Shown in pieces: positions 28,423-39,279 of a DNA stretch of 55,192 bases. Both the position numbers and the translations under genes were made by a program. The first letter of the stretch is position 1. Each line of letters opens with the position of its first letter. This DNA is from a virus. Lineage: Duplodnaviria > Caudoviricetes. The notes beneath the pieces are model-generated. The model did no database searches. It was given only the letters and a program-made list of their open reading frames with translations, and had not been told where the DNA came from. The stretch covers positions 1 to 55,192 of IMG/VR virus record IMGVR_UViG_3300009183_000115; one strand, given 5' to 3'.

Positions 28423-31400
28423 TTATTCTGGGCATAGACAATCTGCACAGACAAAGTTAAACATTTGTGTTCCTGAAGGTGATAAGGTTGTTCCATCGTT
28501 AAATACGCATTGATTAAATACTTCATTCGATTGACCATCACAAGTTTGAACTCCTACTACATACCAGTTATTAAAGGCGCAATCGTGAAATTGAGTATAG
28601 GTTACCGGTGGTGCAGTTGGTGTCGGTGTAGCAGTTGGTTCAGGTGTAGCAGTTGGTTCAGGTGTAGCTGTTGGTTCGGGTGTTGGAGTTAAGGATGGAT
28701 TTGGTGTAGCTGTTGGTAGTGGAGTAGCAGTTGGTTCAGGTGTTGGAGTAGGAGTAGGATAACTACAGTTAATACTGGTCGCTTGGCTTGCAGCCGATCC
28801 GTTTGAATCCTTTACTCTTACTGTAAATGTATCAGAGCCGCCTGTTGTATTTCTTAAACCTGTAGAAGCATTGTAAGGTGCAACTTGATATGTGATTGTG
28901 AATGGTGAATTAACGGCTGTATAAGTACTATATACTCCGGCATATCCTGCCTGTATTTCAAATCCAGTATTAGTACCGCCACTAAATGTAGCAGTTACTT
29001 TTCCTAAATAAGTTCCGGTATTATCACAACCTACTGATAAAGCTAAAGTTACCGGCGGTACAGGTGTTGCAGTTGGTAATGGAGTAGCAGTTGGTAATGG
29101 AGTAGGTGTTGCAGTTGGTAGAGGTGTAGCTGTTGGTACAGGTGTAGCTGTTGGTAATGGAGTAGGAGTAGGTGTTGGTATAGTAGAACAATCTACTACA
29201 GTTAAGGTTTGACCTGCAGCTCCAATTTCTACTGCCCAAGTAGTCGGACTCCTAAATACTTTGTGATATAAAGATCCACCATCATAAGTTGTACTTAATG
29301 CTAAGTCTGTATACCATATTGTTGTGCCTACAATAGGAACAGTAGTTCCGTTAGCTGTATATTTGTTGGTAGCAGCAGGAGGAGTTGAACTACCATTTGT
29401 ACAAGCTAAGGCAGCTGATGCATATCTACCTAAACCGCTTCCACCAGTTGTAGTATCAATTAAGAATACTGCAGGTGGAAGAGGTGTAGCAGTTGGTGCA
29501 GGTGTTGATGTTGGTACAGGTGTATATGTAGGACCCGGTGTAGCTGTTGGTGCAGGCGTAGCTGTTGCAGTTGGTGCAGGTGTAGCAGTTGGTAATGGAG
29601 TAGGTGTTGGTATAGTAGAGCAATCTGTAATAGATAAAATAGTACCAAATGTACCGATTTCAATACCCCATCTTGAACTATTTTTAGAAACTTTATAAAT
29701 TAATCCACCGCCATTAAATGCTGTAGTACATGTTACATCTGTATAGAATATATCATTTACTTCAGGTAATATATCATCGTTTAAATACATTGTAACACCT
29801 GGTGTGTAGTTTGAATCTGCACAAGCTAATGCTTTACTTGCATAAGTTGCTCCTGTGTATCTTAAGTATCCAATACCTGGAGGGGTTGGGCTCGGTGTTG
29901 GAGTTGGAGTAGATGCAAAGCAAATAGACTCTGCATAAAGAGAACCGGCAATAGCAACCCAAACTTTAGGACCGTTTGAATAATATCCGTTAGAAGAAGT
30001 TACTGATAAAGGTGTGTTTAATACGCTATAAATCTGTGATCCATTTTGTAAGCTTTGAGATTGTATATAACCATATGCAGTAGTATAATTAGCTATAATA
30101 TATCTACTACAAGCTTCGTTGGCGCTAGCACTACTGAAGCCTAAATTCATTGAGTATATTGGAACAATTGTTTCTACGCTTCCTGTAATAGAACCTGTAT
30201 AAGAACCTGTTAAATAGGTTCCTTTAGTTAATACTGTATTTCTATCAGTAGTAAATTGGCTTGATGCAGGATTATAAGAACCTGTTAAGGTTAAACTCAT
30301 TGTAGGATAACCAATAGGCCATGTACTTTGAGAAGCAAAAGCATTAAATATTAAATAGTCTCCTTCTAAAGCAGTTAAAGATCCACTCATTGAACTTGAA
30401 ATCATTAAGCTAGAAGAAGTAGCAGACCCTGAAGGACTATTAATAACAATAGACATACTAGCTGGAGCCCCAATGATAGTGTCTAATGATAATGAGTATT
30501 TAACTGGTACTGGTTTAGGAGTTGCTGTAGGTGTTGGAGTAGGTGTTGGAGTAGGTGTTAATGTAGGTGTTGGAGTAGGTGTTAGTGTAGGTGTAGGTGT
30601 TGGAGTAGGAGTTACTGTAGGAGTAGGTGTTGGGGTGGGCGGCGTATATGTAGTTATTACACTTCCTGATAAAGATCCGGTAAAAGATCCTGTTAAATAA
30701 GTTCCTAAACTTAATAAACTACCGCTATCTGTTGTGGTAAATATGCTAGATGTATTTGAAGATCCAGTAATACTTAAGGTCATGGTAGAGATACCGGTCA
30801 GTGGCCATGAGCTTCCACTATTATATCCGCTAAAGATTACATAGTCTCCAGGTATAGCGCTGACTGATCCGCTTATAGAACTAGAGAAGAAATAGCTGCT
30901 AGTAGTAGCTGATCCTGAAGGTTTTTGTATTACAATAGACATGCTAGCGGGAACATTAGCAGCTAAATCAAGTTTATAGTACACTGGTACAGGTACAGGA
31001 GTAGCTGTTGGTAATGGAGTAGGTGTAGCTGTTGGTAGAGGTGTAGCTGTTGGTAGAGGTGTAGCTGTTGGTGCAGGTGTAGCTGTTGGTAATGGAGTAG
31101 GTGTAGCTGTTGGTACAGGTGTAGCTGTTGGTGCAGGTGTAGCAGTTGGTACAGGTGTAGCTGTTGGTGCAGGTGTAGGTGTAGGAACACCTGGTGCTAC
31201 TGTAGAAGCTCCTGTATTACATATAGGATCTAAACTGGAAGCGTAAATTGTATTTACTGTGAGAGGAGTAACTATAGTAAATCCGCCAAGTAGCTGATCT
31301 CTCGTAACAGATCCAACCAAATTTCCATTTTCATCTGTCGGTTGTATTCTAGCACTTGGGGTCGATAATGTACTATATAGTAAACTAAATGCACTATTAC

Positions 31401-32343
31401 TTACCCCTACTGTACTTGCTCTAACTAATAAAGTTTCAGTAGTTGAAGTACTACTAACTAACGATACCGTTAAACCGCTAACAACACAATCCGTAATTTG
31501 AACTGTAATTGGTTCTTTATCTGAAGATGCACAGTATGTTGAGCTTACAGTATAGTAGTCTTTATAGGTACCTACTACATTTGTCAGTACGTCTGATTCG
31601 CTAAGTGTAATAGTGCCATTTGAGGCAATGCTAGAGCTTGGAAATTGGAAGTCTCTATACGGGTAAAGTACAACAGAAGCTGTATTTACTGGAGCACAAT
31701 CTGGTTGTGCATCTGTAATAGGGTTAAAGGACTTAACAGATTGTGTTATATCAAAGATGTAAGATTTGGGGAAGGTAAAGGGTCCACCATCCATAGCACA
31801 ATAGTAATCCGGGTTAGTAATAATCACAAATCCTTGAGGGTAGATAATATTACCTACGTGTGCGTTTGTTGCAGTATCATAGACGTTTCCGTTTCCGTCA
31901 TCTGCTATAGAGTAAGAGCTACCAGTTAAGAAAAAACTCTTTCTAGAAGTCTTTTCTCCATAGCTACTCTTAGGTATATTGATAATTTTTATCTTAGAAT
32001 TGGATGCTGTAGGAAAAGAGCGAATATCGGCTGATGCTGATAGCGTAGTATTACCTTCAAATGTTCCGGAAGCTGCTGTAGATTGTAAGAAGTTATCAGC
32101 AGAAGAGCCTGATATTTGATAGGAGCTAGTTAAGAAGTTAGAATAGAACAAATGCCTAATAGACCAGTAACGCAAGGTTCTTTGCGGTATTGATCCTGTT
32201 ACTGTAACGGGGCCATTTAACCCACTTTGTGCGTAAATGCCCGAATTACATATAGTAGTGTTACTATAAGAAGCGGAGTATTTAAGTTTAATGGGAGTAG
32301 CGGTAACATCAGAAATTAAAAGGCTATTTGACGCTCTACTCAT
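28423..32343 (-). CDS. Mucin-like Pro/Thr-repeat virion protein with baseplate-type N-terminus
   Basis: 1306 aa; several PTATP/PT tracts separating duplicated domains; in baseplate operon. Confidence 0.75.
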   Translation of the reverse strand: MSRASNSLLISDVTATPIKLKYSASYSNTTICNSGIYAQSGLNGPVTVTGSIPQRTLRYWSIRHLFYSNFLTSSYQISGSSADNFLQSTAASGTFEGNTTLSASADIRSFPTASNSKIKIINIPKSSYGEKTSRKSFFLTGSSYSIADDGNGNVYDTATNAHVGNIIYPQGFVIITNPDYYCAMDGGPFTFPKSYIFDITQSVKSFNPITDAQPDCAPVNTASVVLYPYRDFQFPSSSIASNGTITLSESDVLTNVVGTYKDYYTVSSTYCASSDKEPITVQITDCVVSGLTVSLVSSTSTTETLLVRASTVGVSNSAFSLLYSTLSTPSARIQPTDENGNLVGSVTRDQLLGGFTIVTPLTVNTIYASSLDPICNTGASTVAPGVPTPTPAPTATPVPTATPAPTATPVPTATPTPLPTATPAPTATPLPTATPLPTATPTPLPTATPVPVPVYYKLDLAANVPASMSIVIQKPSGSATTSSYFFSSSISGSVSAIPGDYVIFSGYNSGSSWPLTGISTMTLSITGSSNTSSIFTTTDSGSLLSLGTYLTGSFTGSLSGSVITTYTPPTPTPTPTVTPTPTPTPTLTPTPTPTLTPTPTPTPTPTATPKPVPVKYSLSLDTIIGAPASMSIVINSPSGSATSSSLMISSSMSGSLTALEGDYLIFNAFASQSTWPIGYPTMSLTLTGSYNPASSQFTTDRNTVLTKGTYLTGSYTGSITGSVETIVPIYSMNLGFSSASANEACSRYIIANYTTAYGYIQSQSLQNGSQIYSVLNTPLSVTSSNGYYSNGPKVWVAIAGSLYAESICFASTPTPTPSPTPPGIGYLRYTGATYASKALACADSNYTPGVTMYLNDDILPEVNDIFYTDVTCTTAFNGGGLIYKVSKNSSRWGIEIGTFGTILSITDCSTIPTPTPLPTATPAPTATATPAPTATPGPTYTPVPTSTPAPTATPLPPAVFLIDTTTGGSGLGRYASAALACTNGSSTPPAATNKYTANGTTVPIVGTTIWYTDLALSTTYDGGSLYHKVFRSPTTWAVEIGAAGQTLTVVDCSTIPTPTPTPLPTATPVPTATPLPTATPTPLPTATPLPTATPVPPVTLALSVGCDNTGTYLGKVTATFSGGTNTGFEIQAGYAGVYSTYTAVNSPFTITYQVAPYNASTGLRNTTGGSDTFTVRVKDSNGSAASQATSINCSYPTPTPTPEPTATPLPTATPNPSLTPTPEPTATPEPTATPEPTATPTPTAPPVTYTQFHDCAFNNWYVVGVQTCDGQSNEVFNQCVFNDGTTLSPSGTQMFNFVCADCLCPE
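30985..31190. repeat. Coding minisatellite (18-nt unit encoding PTATP[AVL])
   Basis: Repeated ggtgtagctgttggt units; related tracts at about 28610-28760, 29055-29180, 29475-29610, 30510-30645. Confidence 0.9.
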
Positions 32344-32355
32344 TTTATTTTATTA

Positions 32356-33471
32356 TTACCAATCTAACTTAACTCTAATTAATGCTTCTTTTGTAAAGTC
32401 TTTAACTAAGGCTTGTGATAATTTAGCTACTGCTAAAAGCTCACTATTGTTATTATATAATCCAACTGTTGTTACAAAGGTTTGTGGGCTATAAATCATT
32501 GTTTGATAAAGAACAGCTCCTGTTGAACCAGAAACGAAAGTTGGGTTTGTTGAATAATTGTATTCTGCATTGTTTACTCTTACAAAAACGTAATCAGAAG
32601 AAACTGTTTCCTGTGAGTTTAATTGAAAAGCAGATCCTGTTAATACTGTAGATGAAGCAGGATATGTTGCACTCTGAGAAATAGCTTGATATAGTATTGT
32701 ATTATTGGCAGAAGTATAAGAAGCAGAAGCTGCAGGCGTTATAGCGCCATAGTTCTGGCGATCTACGGTTATACTAACTCCTCCGTTAAGTATAGGTAAG
32801 GCAAGTGCACTAGGATTTAAAATTATTGTCCCGATATCAGGTAAAAATAATCCATAAGATCCAGATGCTGTATAACCTGGTGCAATACCGTTAAGAGCAG
32901 TTCCGCTAATTGCTTTACCATATGAACCGGAAACTAAGTTAAATACTCTACCGCAATCCAAGTAATTAACTGTCGTTACGTCGTTACTATCATCGCAAAT
33001 AGTGATTAAGCCTGCTGATCCTGAAATACTTAAATTAAATGTACCTGGCATTAAGCTTTGCTTATATCTATTTCTATCAACATTAATAGCCCAAATATCT
33101 AGAGCATTTGTAGCTTGACCGCCAAAGTTAAATCCTTGAGAACCGGAAATTGTGGGACCATATACTAGGGTAGCATATTGATTATAAGTAGTTAGTGAAG
33201 GAGATACACCTGGCACTAGTGCGTTTAACCATTGAGAGCCAGATCCTTTTGAATTACCGTAAGCAACTGCGAATTGAACTACAGATCCGTTTGCTCCTAC
33301 TGCAGATTGGTACACATTTAAGTAATAAGCGCCTGCACTTATTGTAGAGGTAGCTATTGCTGAAGCTGTATAGAAGGTAGTTAGTGTTGGTACGTTAGAA
33401 CTCCAGGCTGGAGCTGTAATCGAATCAGAACTTACTACAAAATCTGATGGATTTAGTTGTGTAAATGACAT
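32356..33471 (-). CDS. Baseplate/tail-collar-like structural protein
   Basis: C-terminal TTVGLYNNNSELLAVAKL resembles the P2 gpH/DUF3751 collar motif. Confidence 0.65.
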   Translation of the reverse strand: MSFTQLNPSDFVVSSDSITAPAWSSNVPTLTTFYTASAIATSTISAGAYYLNVYQSAVGANGSVVQFAVAYGNSKGSGSQWLNALVPGVSPSLTTYNQYATLVYGPTISGSQGFNFGGQATNALDIWAINVDRNRYKQSLMPGTFNLSISGSAGLITICDDSNDVTTVNYLDCGRVFNLVSGSYGKAISGTALNGIAPGYTASGSYGLFLPDIGTIILNPSALALPILNGGVSITVDRQNYGAITPAASASYTSANNTILYQAISQSATYPASSTVLTGSAFQLNSQETVSSDYVFVRVNNAEYNYSTNPTFVSGSTGAVLYQTMIYSPQTFVTTVGLYNNNSELLAVAKLSQALVKDFTKEALIRVKLDW

Positions 33472-33475
33472 ATTC

Positions 33476-34141
33476 TTATTGTGTTACTTTAGTTATTTGT
33501 ACTGGGATGAATAATCTTGCACCTGAATCACGTCCTACGATTGTTAAGGTAGTATATAAAGTACTGTTGCTACCAAATAACGTGTTTACAGTTGTACCTG
33601 TCATGTTAATTGTAGTACCAATAACAGTTTTTGATACATTTGTACCTACTGTAGTAGTGCCTGTTGCGTTTAAAGCAGTTGCATTAGGTGTATTAATACC
33701 AACACCGTTAAATGCAGACATTGTTCTCACATCACCTATTGTTGCAACGTATCCAGATTGTTCGAAAGTAGAAGTTGCACCTAAATAATTCAATGTTTGA
33801 GGTGTAAGAGAAAGTGATGAACCTTGCTTTAGTACGATTGTTGAATACCCAACAGAGATTACTGGAAGTTTAGCTGTTCCTCTTGGTAGAGTAATTAACT
33901 TATACTTCATAATTTCATTAGATTCAGGAAAAGCTTGAATAATTGGCATATTTTCAATTGCCGATCCATAAAACGCTGATCCTGAAGGGTGATTCGGGTT
34001 GTATAGAGTGTAGTCTACCTCGTCATCTGATAAGGAAAACTGCGTGATTTGAAATGAACCGTCGTTCTGCGCTAATAACTGTCTACCTGTATTGGTTAGA
34101 ATAGCGTCTACAACAACCGATGTGTTACTTAAATATCCCAT
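33476..34141 (-). CDS. Baseplate/tail-collar-like structural protein
   Basis: AILTNTGRQLLA...ITQFSLSD resembles the P2 gpH N-terminus. Confidence 0.65.
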   Translation of the reverse strand: MGYLSNTSVVVDAILTNTGRQLLAQNDGSFQITQFSLSDDEVDYTLYNPNHPSGSAFYGSAIENMPIIQAFPESNEIMKYKLITLPRGTAKLPVISVGYSTIVLKQGSSLSLTPQTLNYLGATSTFEQSGYVATIGDVRTMSAFNGVGINTPNATALNATGTTTVGTNVSKTVIGTTINMTGTTVNTLFGSNSTLYTTLTIVGRDSGARLFIPVQITKVTQ

Positions 34142-34198
34142 GTTTTATTGTTTTTCTATTTATAAATAGTTTGAAAATTAAAAGTTTTTTAGTTTATC

Positions 34199-37100
34199 CT
34201 ATGGCGTGCTTATACCGCTGTTTGCTTGATTTGATAATAATTGTGATTGTACTGCGGCTTGTAGCGTATTAATATTGGTCAGTACCTCGGGATTAATAGT
34301 ATCTGGAATTATAAACCCGTAAGATGTTTGGCCTGAAGGTTTAATATATGTTATTATTACGTTCTGCTCATCTTCAAATCTCCTAAGAAGAAGAAATTTC
34401 TTAACTAAGCTAGTATTTGATTCCCAGCTTGGTAGAATAGTAGGAACTGTTTGTAATACTAAGTTACTTCCGCTAAAGCTAGAGCTGTAAATGTCTAAAT
34501 TTTGCACCAATCCGTTTACATCTTCTAGTATGAGTTTATCGTAGGGTTGAGGTAGGAATGATGTGTTAATATCTCCGTAAAATTTATATAAACTACTTGA
34601 ATAGGTTGATCCCCCTGATACAAAATAGGGTACTTGCTGGTAGCTATAGAAGTTACTTATATCAGTACTCATAGTAACAAATCCGTAAGCACCAATATTA
34701 TTAAAATCAACGAGATAGGGAGCAGAAGCATTAGCATAACTACCTTCGGCTACAGACTCGGCTACTGTTAGAGAGCCTGGCGAAACTGAGGCTGTAAAAT
34801 TTGCGCTTGATGCGGTAACTATCTGACGTAGTTGGAAAGTTACTTTATCGTTTGCAGAAAAGCTGTCATTGACGCTTGAATTTAAATTTAAAGTAGTAGT
34901 TAAGTTACTGACAGGTGAAACTGCAACTGCAGATGTTGGAATCTCGTCTAATACAGTGGCATTAATATTTCCTACTAAATTAAGAGAGGCTGTTAAGTCT
35001 ACGCTTCTAGCGCTTACAAATACATCGTTTGCCGGTACATTTCCAGGTTGACTTGTATAATTATAGGCGCCAACAGTAACATACGTACTATTATCGGTAC
35101 CGATAGTTACGGGGCTGCCGCCATTTGTAGTTAGAGTAAACGGACCATAGTAAGTATAAGGACCTGCAACTAGAGATGAACTCCCATCCCAGGTAGTATT
35201 GTTAAGATTTGGAGAAATTCTATCAATCAGACCGTTAATATACCCTCCGGCTACTATAAGGGATTTAAATTGACTTGTGATAGTACTTCCTGGTATAACG
35301 GTTCCGTTTTTAGCTACACTGTAACTATAAGTTACTTCTTGAGCTGTCGTAGGAAACTCAACATTTATACTAAGGGCTGTAGTAAAAGTTCTAACGCCTG
35401 CGTAGGGTACGGAGAATGTAGGGAATGAACTTATATTAGGGTTTCCGGTTACATAGTAGTTGGATGTATTTGTTACTACATCATCAAAAATATTGTAAAT
35501 GTAGCCGCTAGACGTGCCTATTCCTGTACTTACAATAGGAGTTGCAAGATAGCGAGGACTTCCAGACCCGCTTATAAAGAAATTAGCTTGGTTTTCTACT
35601 AAAAGAGATATACCTGTTTGAGTTCCATTGTATGCAAAGTAAAGTTTACTGTCGCTAGCTGTATCAAAGTATAATTCTGGAGTATAATTGTATCCGCTAT
35701 TGTAGATAGTTTTAACGCCGTCTGTTGCTACTTGATTACTATATTTTTTATTGTCGAATTGCTTGACTGTTAGTGAGGTACCTTCTACAAATATGTTTTG
35801 AACATCAACCCAATGCTTGTTATTTTGGTTTAATTCAAATAAACCCCCTGAAACATCAGCTAAATAAGCTAGAGTAGCATTTACAGCACCAGGTATGAAT
35901 GAGCTTGATTGAATTTGTGTGAAAAGTCCTAATTTATCGCTATAATAATTGATTACAGGGTCATTAGCATAAGAAATATCACCAGGAGTCCAGGTGTTAT
36001 ATGCATATCCCTGTAAGTATGAACCACTGTAACGAATACTTACTGTTGAGGGTAGGTTATAGTTGTAGTCTTGTATCTGTGCGTACTGAGAATAGGGCTG
36101 TGTACTTTGAGAGACTGCGCCTATTATTTGAGTTCTAGCCATAGACTGTGTAACTAACCCGAAATTAACGGGCACTATCTGATTGTTATTATAGTCTAGA
36201 TCAAAAAACTTTTGAGATATCACAGATCCCGTAATATTATTAAGTGTCGGACTTAAGGAATAGGTTAAAAACATAATATTACTACCTCCATGCTGTGAAG
36301 GAGCTACGGAAGAAGTCCATGGGTAAATATAAGATGAAACTTCGTCTTGCGTAAACGTGTTAACATCGGTGTTAATAGTGCTGCCACTGAATTCTCCTGT
36401 GTATTTTTGAATATTAGTAGAAGAACTCATGTAAATAGTTCCAGGTGAATTCCCTAGGTATATTGAATTTGATTGATATTGTACCGGTATTGCTTCTACG
36501 TAGTAAGTATTTCCTTGAACTGCACCTCCATCAGATCCGGTTATATAAACCATCTTAATGTTCGCAGATCCAGAAAGTACCGTATAGGAAGGTTCGTGTC
36601 TCGGATACTTATTTCTTTCGAGTATGTGAGATTGAATTACAATACCAGTAGAAACTGAAGCTCTAGCTGGTACCCAATCTCTCAACATCTTGAATAGGGA
36701 GTTATTGTAGTACTTTATAACTCTAATAAAATCCCAAACATTATACTTACTTGTATATTCGGCATTAAAATAGGTGTTAGCTAAGTTAACAAGTGGAATA
36801 TAAGAACTTGAATACTGTAAATCGGGTGCACCAATAAGCTGCATGATATTAAAGTAGCCGGGTTCGGTAGAAGAAGTTACATATCCTGAGGAAGTAATAC
36901 TAGCGTTGATAGAATCTGCTGGTGAGAATCCAATCTCTAAATCATTAGAGCTCTTATCTATATTATTCTGATAGTACTGAGTAGTTGTAAAGGGAGAAAG
37001 TAAGCTACTAGAAATATTTAATACACTTCCGGTTATGATTTTAGTATCACTTATTTGCTGAATACCTGCAACCTCGTAAATGTCATAACCTCCGTATTCA

Positions 37101-38932
37101 TGAACAATTAAAATATTACTAGGGATACCGAAAGTAGTAATTAAAGCCTTAACACCTCTTTCTGTACCTCTTGTTTTTAATAAGTAAGGAAGATTATGGT
37201 ATAGACGCTTATAAATTTCATTTGTTACTTGTGATGCAGGTAAGGTCGCAAAGCTTGAAGATGGATTTGATCCGGTCACAAAAGAGATTACATACCTATT
37301 AATCTTCTCTTCGCCGAAAGGAGGTAAAGATAAAGAAGCACTTAAATACTTGCTTCCAGATAGGGGATATAAGCTACTGCTAGCTACATTAACGGTAGCA
37401 TATTGACTTGAAGTAACCGGTAAGGCTGACCCTGTTTGATTTAAACCAAATAGAGAGTAATAAATATTATCAGTAATACTCGTATTAGTGTACAACTGTA
37501 TACCAAAGCTTCTTAGCGCATCTGCAACTTGACTCATTGAAATACCTACAAAAGGATTATTTTCAGCAGAATAGTGATTGGTTACATCTTTTAGGTAAAT
37601 CCAAATATTGTCAAAATGCTGTCCTATCATGTTTAAGAAAAGTAGATAAGGATCATTAGACGGGTCTTCTGTTATATAAGAAGGTGTTGCATGTAATAAT
37701 AAGTCTTTGTTTTGATCATCATAATAAGAAGCTGACCAATACATACTCATAGTAGTAGCTGTAGGAACGGTACTAACATTACCTAGCCAGTTTGTAACTT
37801 GAGAAGATGTTACGGAATATAAATTATAGGGCTGAGTGCTTGTTTGTTTAGGCCATGCAGTTGATTCAGAGGTAAAATATAAATAATATTCGTATCCGTC
37901 AAAATTAGTAATGGTAGTATTGATCTGATTTTGTAATAAAACCTTAGCGGTAGTGGTATTAGTTGCTGCTAAACCTGCTGATGATGATTCTATTAACTGT
38001 ACTTTGTAAACAAAGTTATAGAGTCTTTCAGTTGCAGAGGAGAAGTGTATAAAGTTTTCAAAGCTACCATAATCTACGTTAATTTGAATTCCTTTTTCGT
38101 CCATCATAGACTTCAACTGTTGATAAGATGAAGTTACAGAAGTAAGTATTAGGGATTCATAAGAGTAATAGGGGGTAGTTTGACCTACCTTATTTTTTGC
38201 GTTTACTTTAAAATTAGGTCCTTTTGCAGGAACGGTATCGGTTATTGTTTCTGGAGTAACATTTATAGATACGTTAAATTCGGCAGGTTCTGCTACTTGA
38301 GTAACTACCCAAAAAATTGATTTAATATCAAACTGTGTAGGTAAGGGTTCGTATAGTTTAAATATAACGTACCCACTACCCTCTTCTTCCACATATACAG
38401 CGTTAACTCCTATAATTTGAATATCTGCACCAAAGTTTAGATAAAAAGTAGGGTAGTAAGGGTTAGCAGATAATGCAGCGTTAAACTCATTAAACGCATT
38501 AGAGAGTTGAGTGTTAGATAGATCCTGTCTAGCGACTTTAATTTCAGTTCTAGTAGTAGAAATTTCTTTAATCCAGAAATTTTGTGTTGGATCAGGTGCA
38601 GAGATTAATTGCTTTGCAAAAAAGTTATACTTAACATTAACCACACCTCTATTATATCCCGCTGTTTTAGCATCCGTTTCCGGATCCAAGTATAATTGCG
38701 TTGTTGTTCCTGTAATAGGGTCTACGATACTATTATCAAGTTGATATTGAGTTGCATAGTAGTTACTGCTTAAAACTGACCCGCCTAAATCCTTTATGAA
38801 ATACTCAATATAATCATTTGGAGCGCCATAATTTCCTGCAACTAGTACAGTGTTTATCAGCGATACATCTGAGGGGGCGTATGTTTGATATTGATCATTA
38901 GATCCTATGTACTTTACATCTACTACTTCCAT
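34199..38932 (-). CDS. Large baseplate wedge/tail protein
   Basis: 1577 aa; LLKTRGTERGVKALI resembles P2 gpI/T4 gp7 core motif; SGS-rich. Confidence 0.65.
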   Translation of the reverse strand: MEVVDVKYIGSNDQYQTYAPSDVSLINTVLVAGNYGAPNDYIEYFIKDLGGSVLSSNYYATQYQLDNSIVDPITGTTTQLYLDPETDAKTAGYNRGVVNVKYNFFAKQLISAPDPTQNFWIKEISTTRTEIKVARQDLSNTQLSNAFNEFNAALSANPYYPTFYLNFGADIQIIGVNAVYVEEEGSGYVIFKLYEPLPTQFDIKSIFWVVTQVAEPAEFNVSINVTPETITDTVPAKGPNFKVNAKNKVGQTTPYYSYESLILTSVTSSYQQLKSMMDEKGIQINVDYGSFENFIHFSSATERLYNFVYKVQLIESSSAGLAATNTTTAKVLLQNQINTTITNFDGYEYYLYFTSESTAWPKQTSTQPYNLYSVTSSQVTNWLGNVSTVPTATTMSMYWSASYYDDQNKDLLLHATPSYITEDPSNDPYLLFLNMIGQHFDNIWIYLKDVTNHYSAENNPFVGISMSQVADALRSFGIQLYTNTSITDNIYYSLFGLNQTGSALPVTSSQYATVNVASSSLYPLSGSKYLSASLSLPPFGEEKINRYVISFVTGSNPSSSFATLPASQVTNEIYKRLYHNLPYLLKTRGTERGVKALITTFGIPSNILIVHEYGGYDIYEVAGIQQISDTKIITGSVLNISSSLLSPFTTTQYYQNNIDKSSNDLEIGFSPADSINASITSSGYVTSSTEPGYFNIMQLIGAPDLQYSSSYIPLVNLANTYFNAEYTSKYNVWDFIRVIKYYNNSLFKMLRDWVPARASVSTGIVIQSHILERNKYPRHEPSYTVLSGSANIKMVYITGSDGGAVQGNTYYVEAIPVQYQSNSIYLGNSPGTIYMSSSTNIQKYTGEFSGSTINTDVNTFTQDEVSSYIYPWTSSVAPSQHGGSNIMFLTYSLSPTLNNITGSVISQKFFDLDYNNNQIVPVNFGLVTQSMARTQIIGAVSQSTQPYSQYAQIQDYNYNLPSTVSIRYSGSYLQGYAYNTWTPGDISYANDPVINYYSDKLGLFTQIQSSSFIPGAVNATLAYLADVSGGLFELNQNNKHWVDVQNIFVEGTSLTVKQFDNKKYSNQVATDGVKTIYNSGYNYTPELYFDTASDSKLYFAYNGTQTGISLLVENQANFFISGSGSPRYLATPIVSTGIGTSSGYIYNIFDDVVTNTSNYYVTGNPNISSFPTFSVPYAGVRTFTTALSINVEFPTTAQEVTYSYSVAKNGTVIPGSTITSQFKSLIVAGGYINGLIDRISPNLNNTTWDGSSSLVAGPYTYYGPFTLTTNGGSPVTIGTDNSTYVTVGAYNYTSQPGNVPANDVFVSARSVDLTASLNLVGNINATVLDEIPTSAVAVSPVSNLTTTLNLNSSVNDSFSANDKVTFQLRQIVTASSANFTASVSPGSLTVAESVAEGSYANASAPYLVDFNNIGAYGFVTMSTDISNFYSYQQVPYFVSGGSTYSSSLYKFYGDINTSFLPQPYDKLILEDVNGLVQNLDIYSSSFSGSNLVLQTVPTILPSWESNTSLVKKFLLLRRFEDEQNVIITYIKPSGQTSYGFIIPDTINPEVLTNINTLQAAVQSQLLSNQANSGISTP

Positions 38933-39279
38933 TATACTATATTAGTTAAATTCAAATAATTTGTATTTGCCTCTAACAATTGCTGTCTTAAAGAGTTTAT
39001 CTCTTCAATATAAGCCTTTTCATTGTCAGATAAAACTCCACCACCTAAATATTCTCCACTTCTCTTTACAAGATACTCGTGTGAATTCATTTCACCGGTA
39101 GCAGGTATTTGAAAAAATAAATCATTATAGGTATCAAAAAACGCTTCAACTGTTACTTGCTGTGATATTCCTACAGAGGCAGTAACTGGGGTATATAATT
39201 CATTAAAAGAGGTATCGATTACTCTTGTATAAGTATTACGTCCATAAGCTTCTTTTACTAATTGAACCTGTTGTGACAT
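38932..39279 (-). CDS. Hypothetical baseplate-operon protein
   Basis: 115 aa, coupled start/stop with neighbours. Confidence 0.6.
   Translation of the reverse strand: MSQQVQLVKEAYGRNTYTRVIDTSFNELYTPVTASVGISQQVTVEAFFDTYNDLFFQIPATGEMNSHEYLVKRSGEYLGGGVLSDNEKAYIEEINSLRQQLLEANTNYLNLTNIV

Noticed and set aside
28610-31190. Repeat tracts as CRISPR array
   Set aside because: Degenerate in-frame coding repeats with no unique spacers; no cas genes seen
28423-32343. Diversity-generating retroelement target
   Set aside because: No reverse transcriptase or adenine-specific TR/VR pair seen; duplicated domains diverge at all bases
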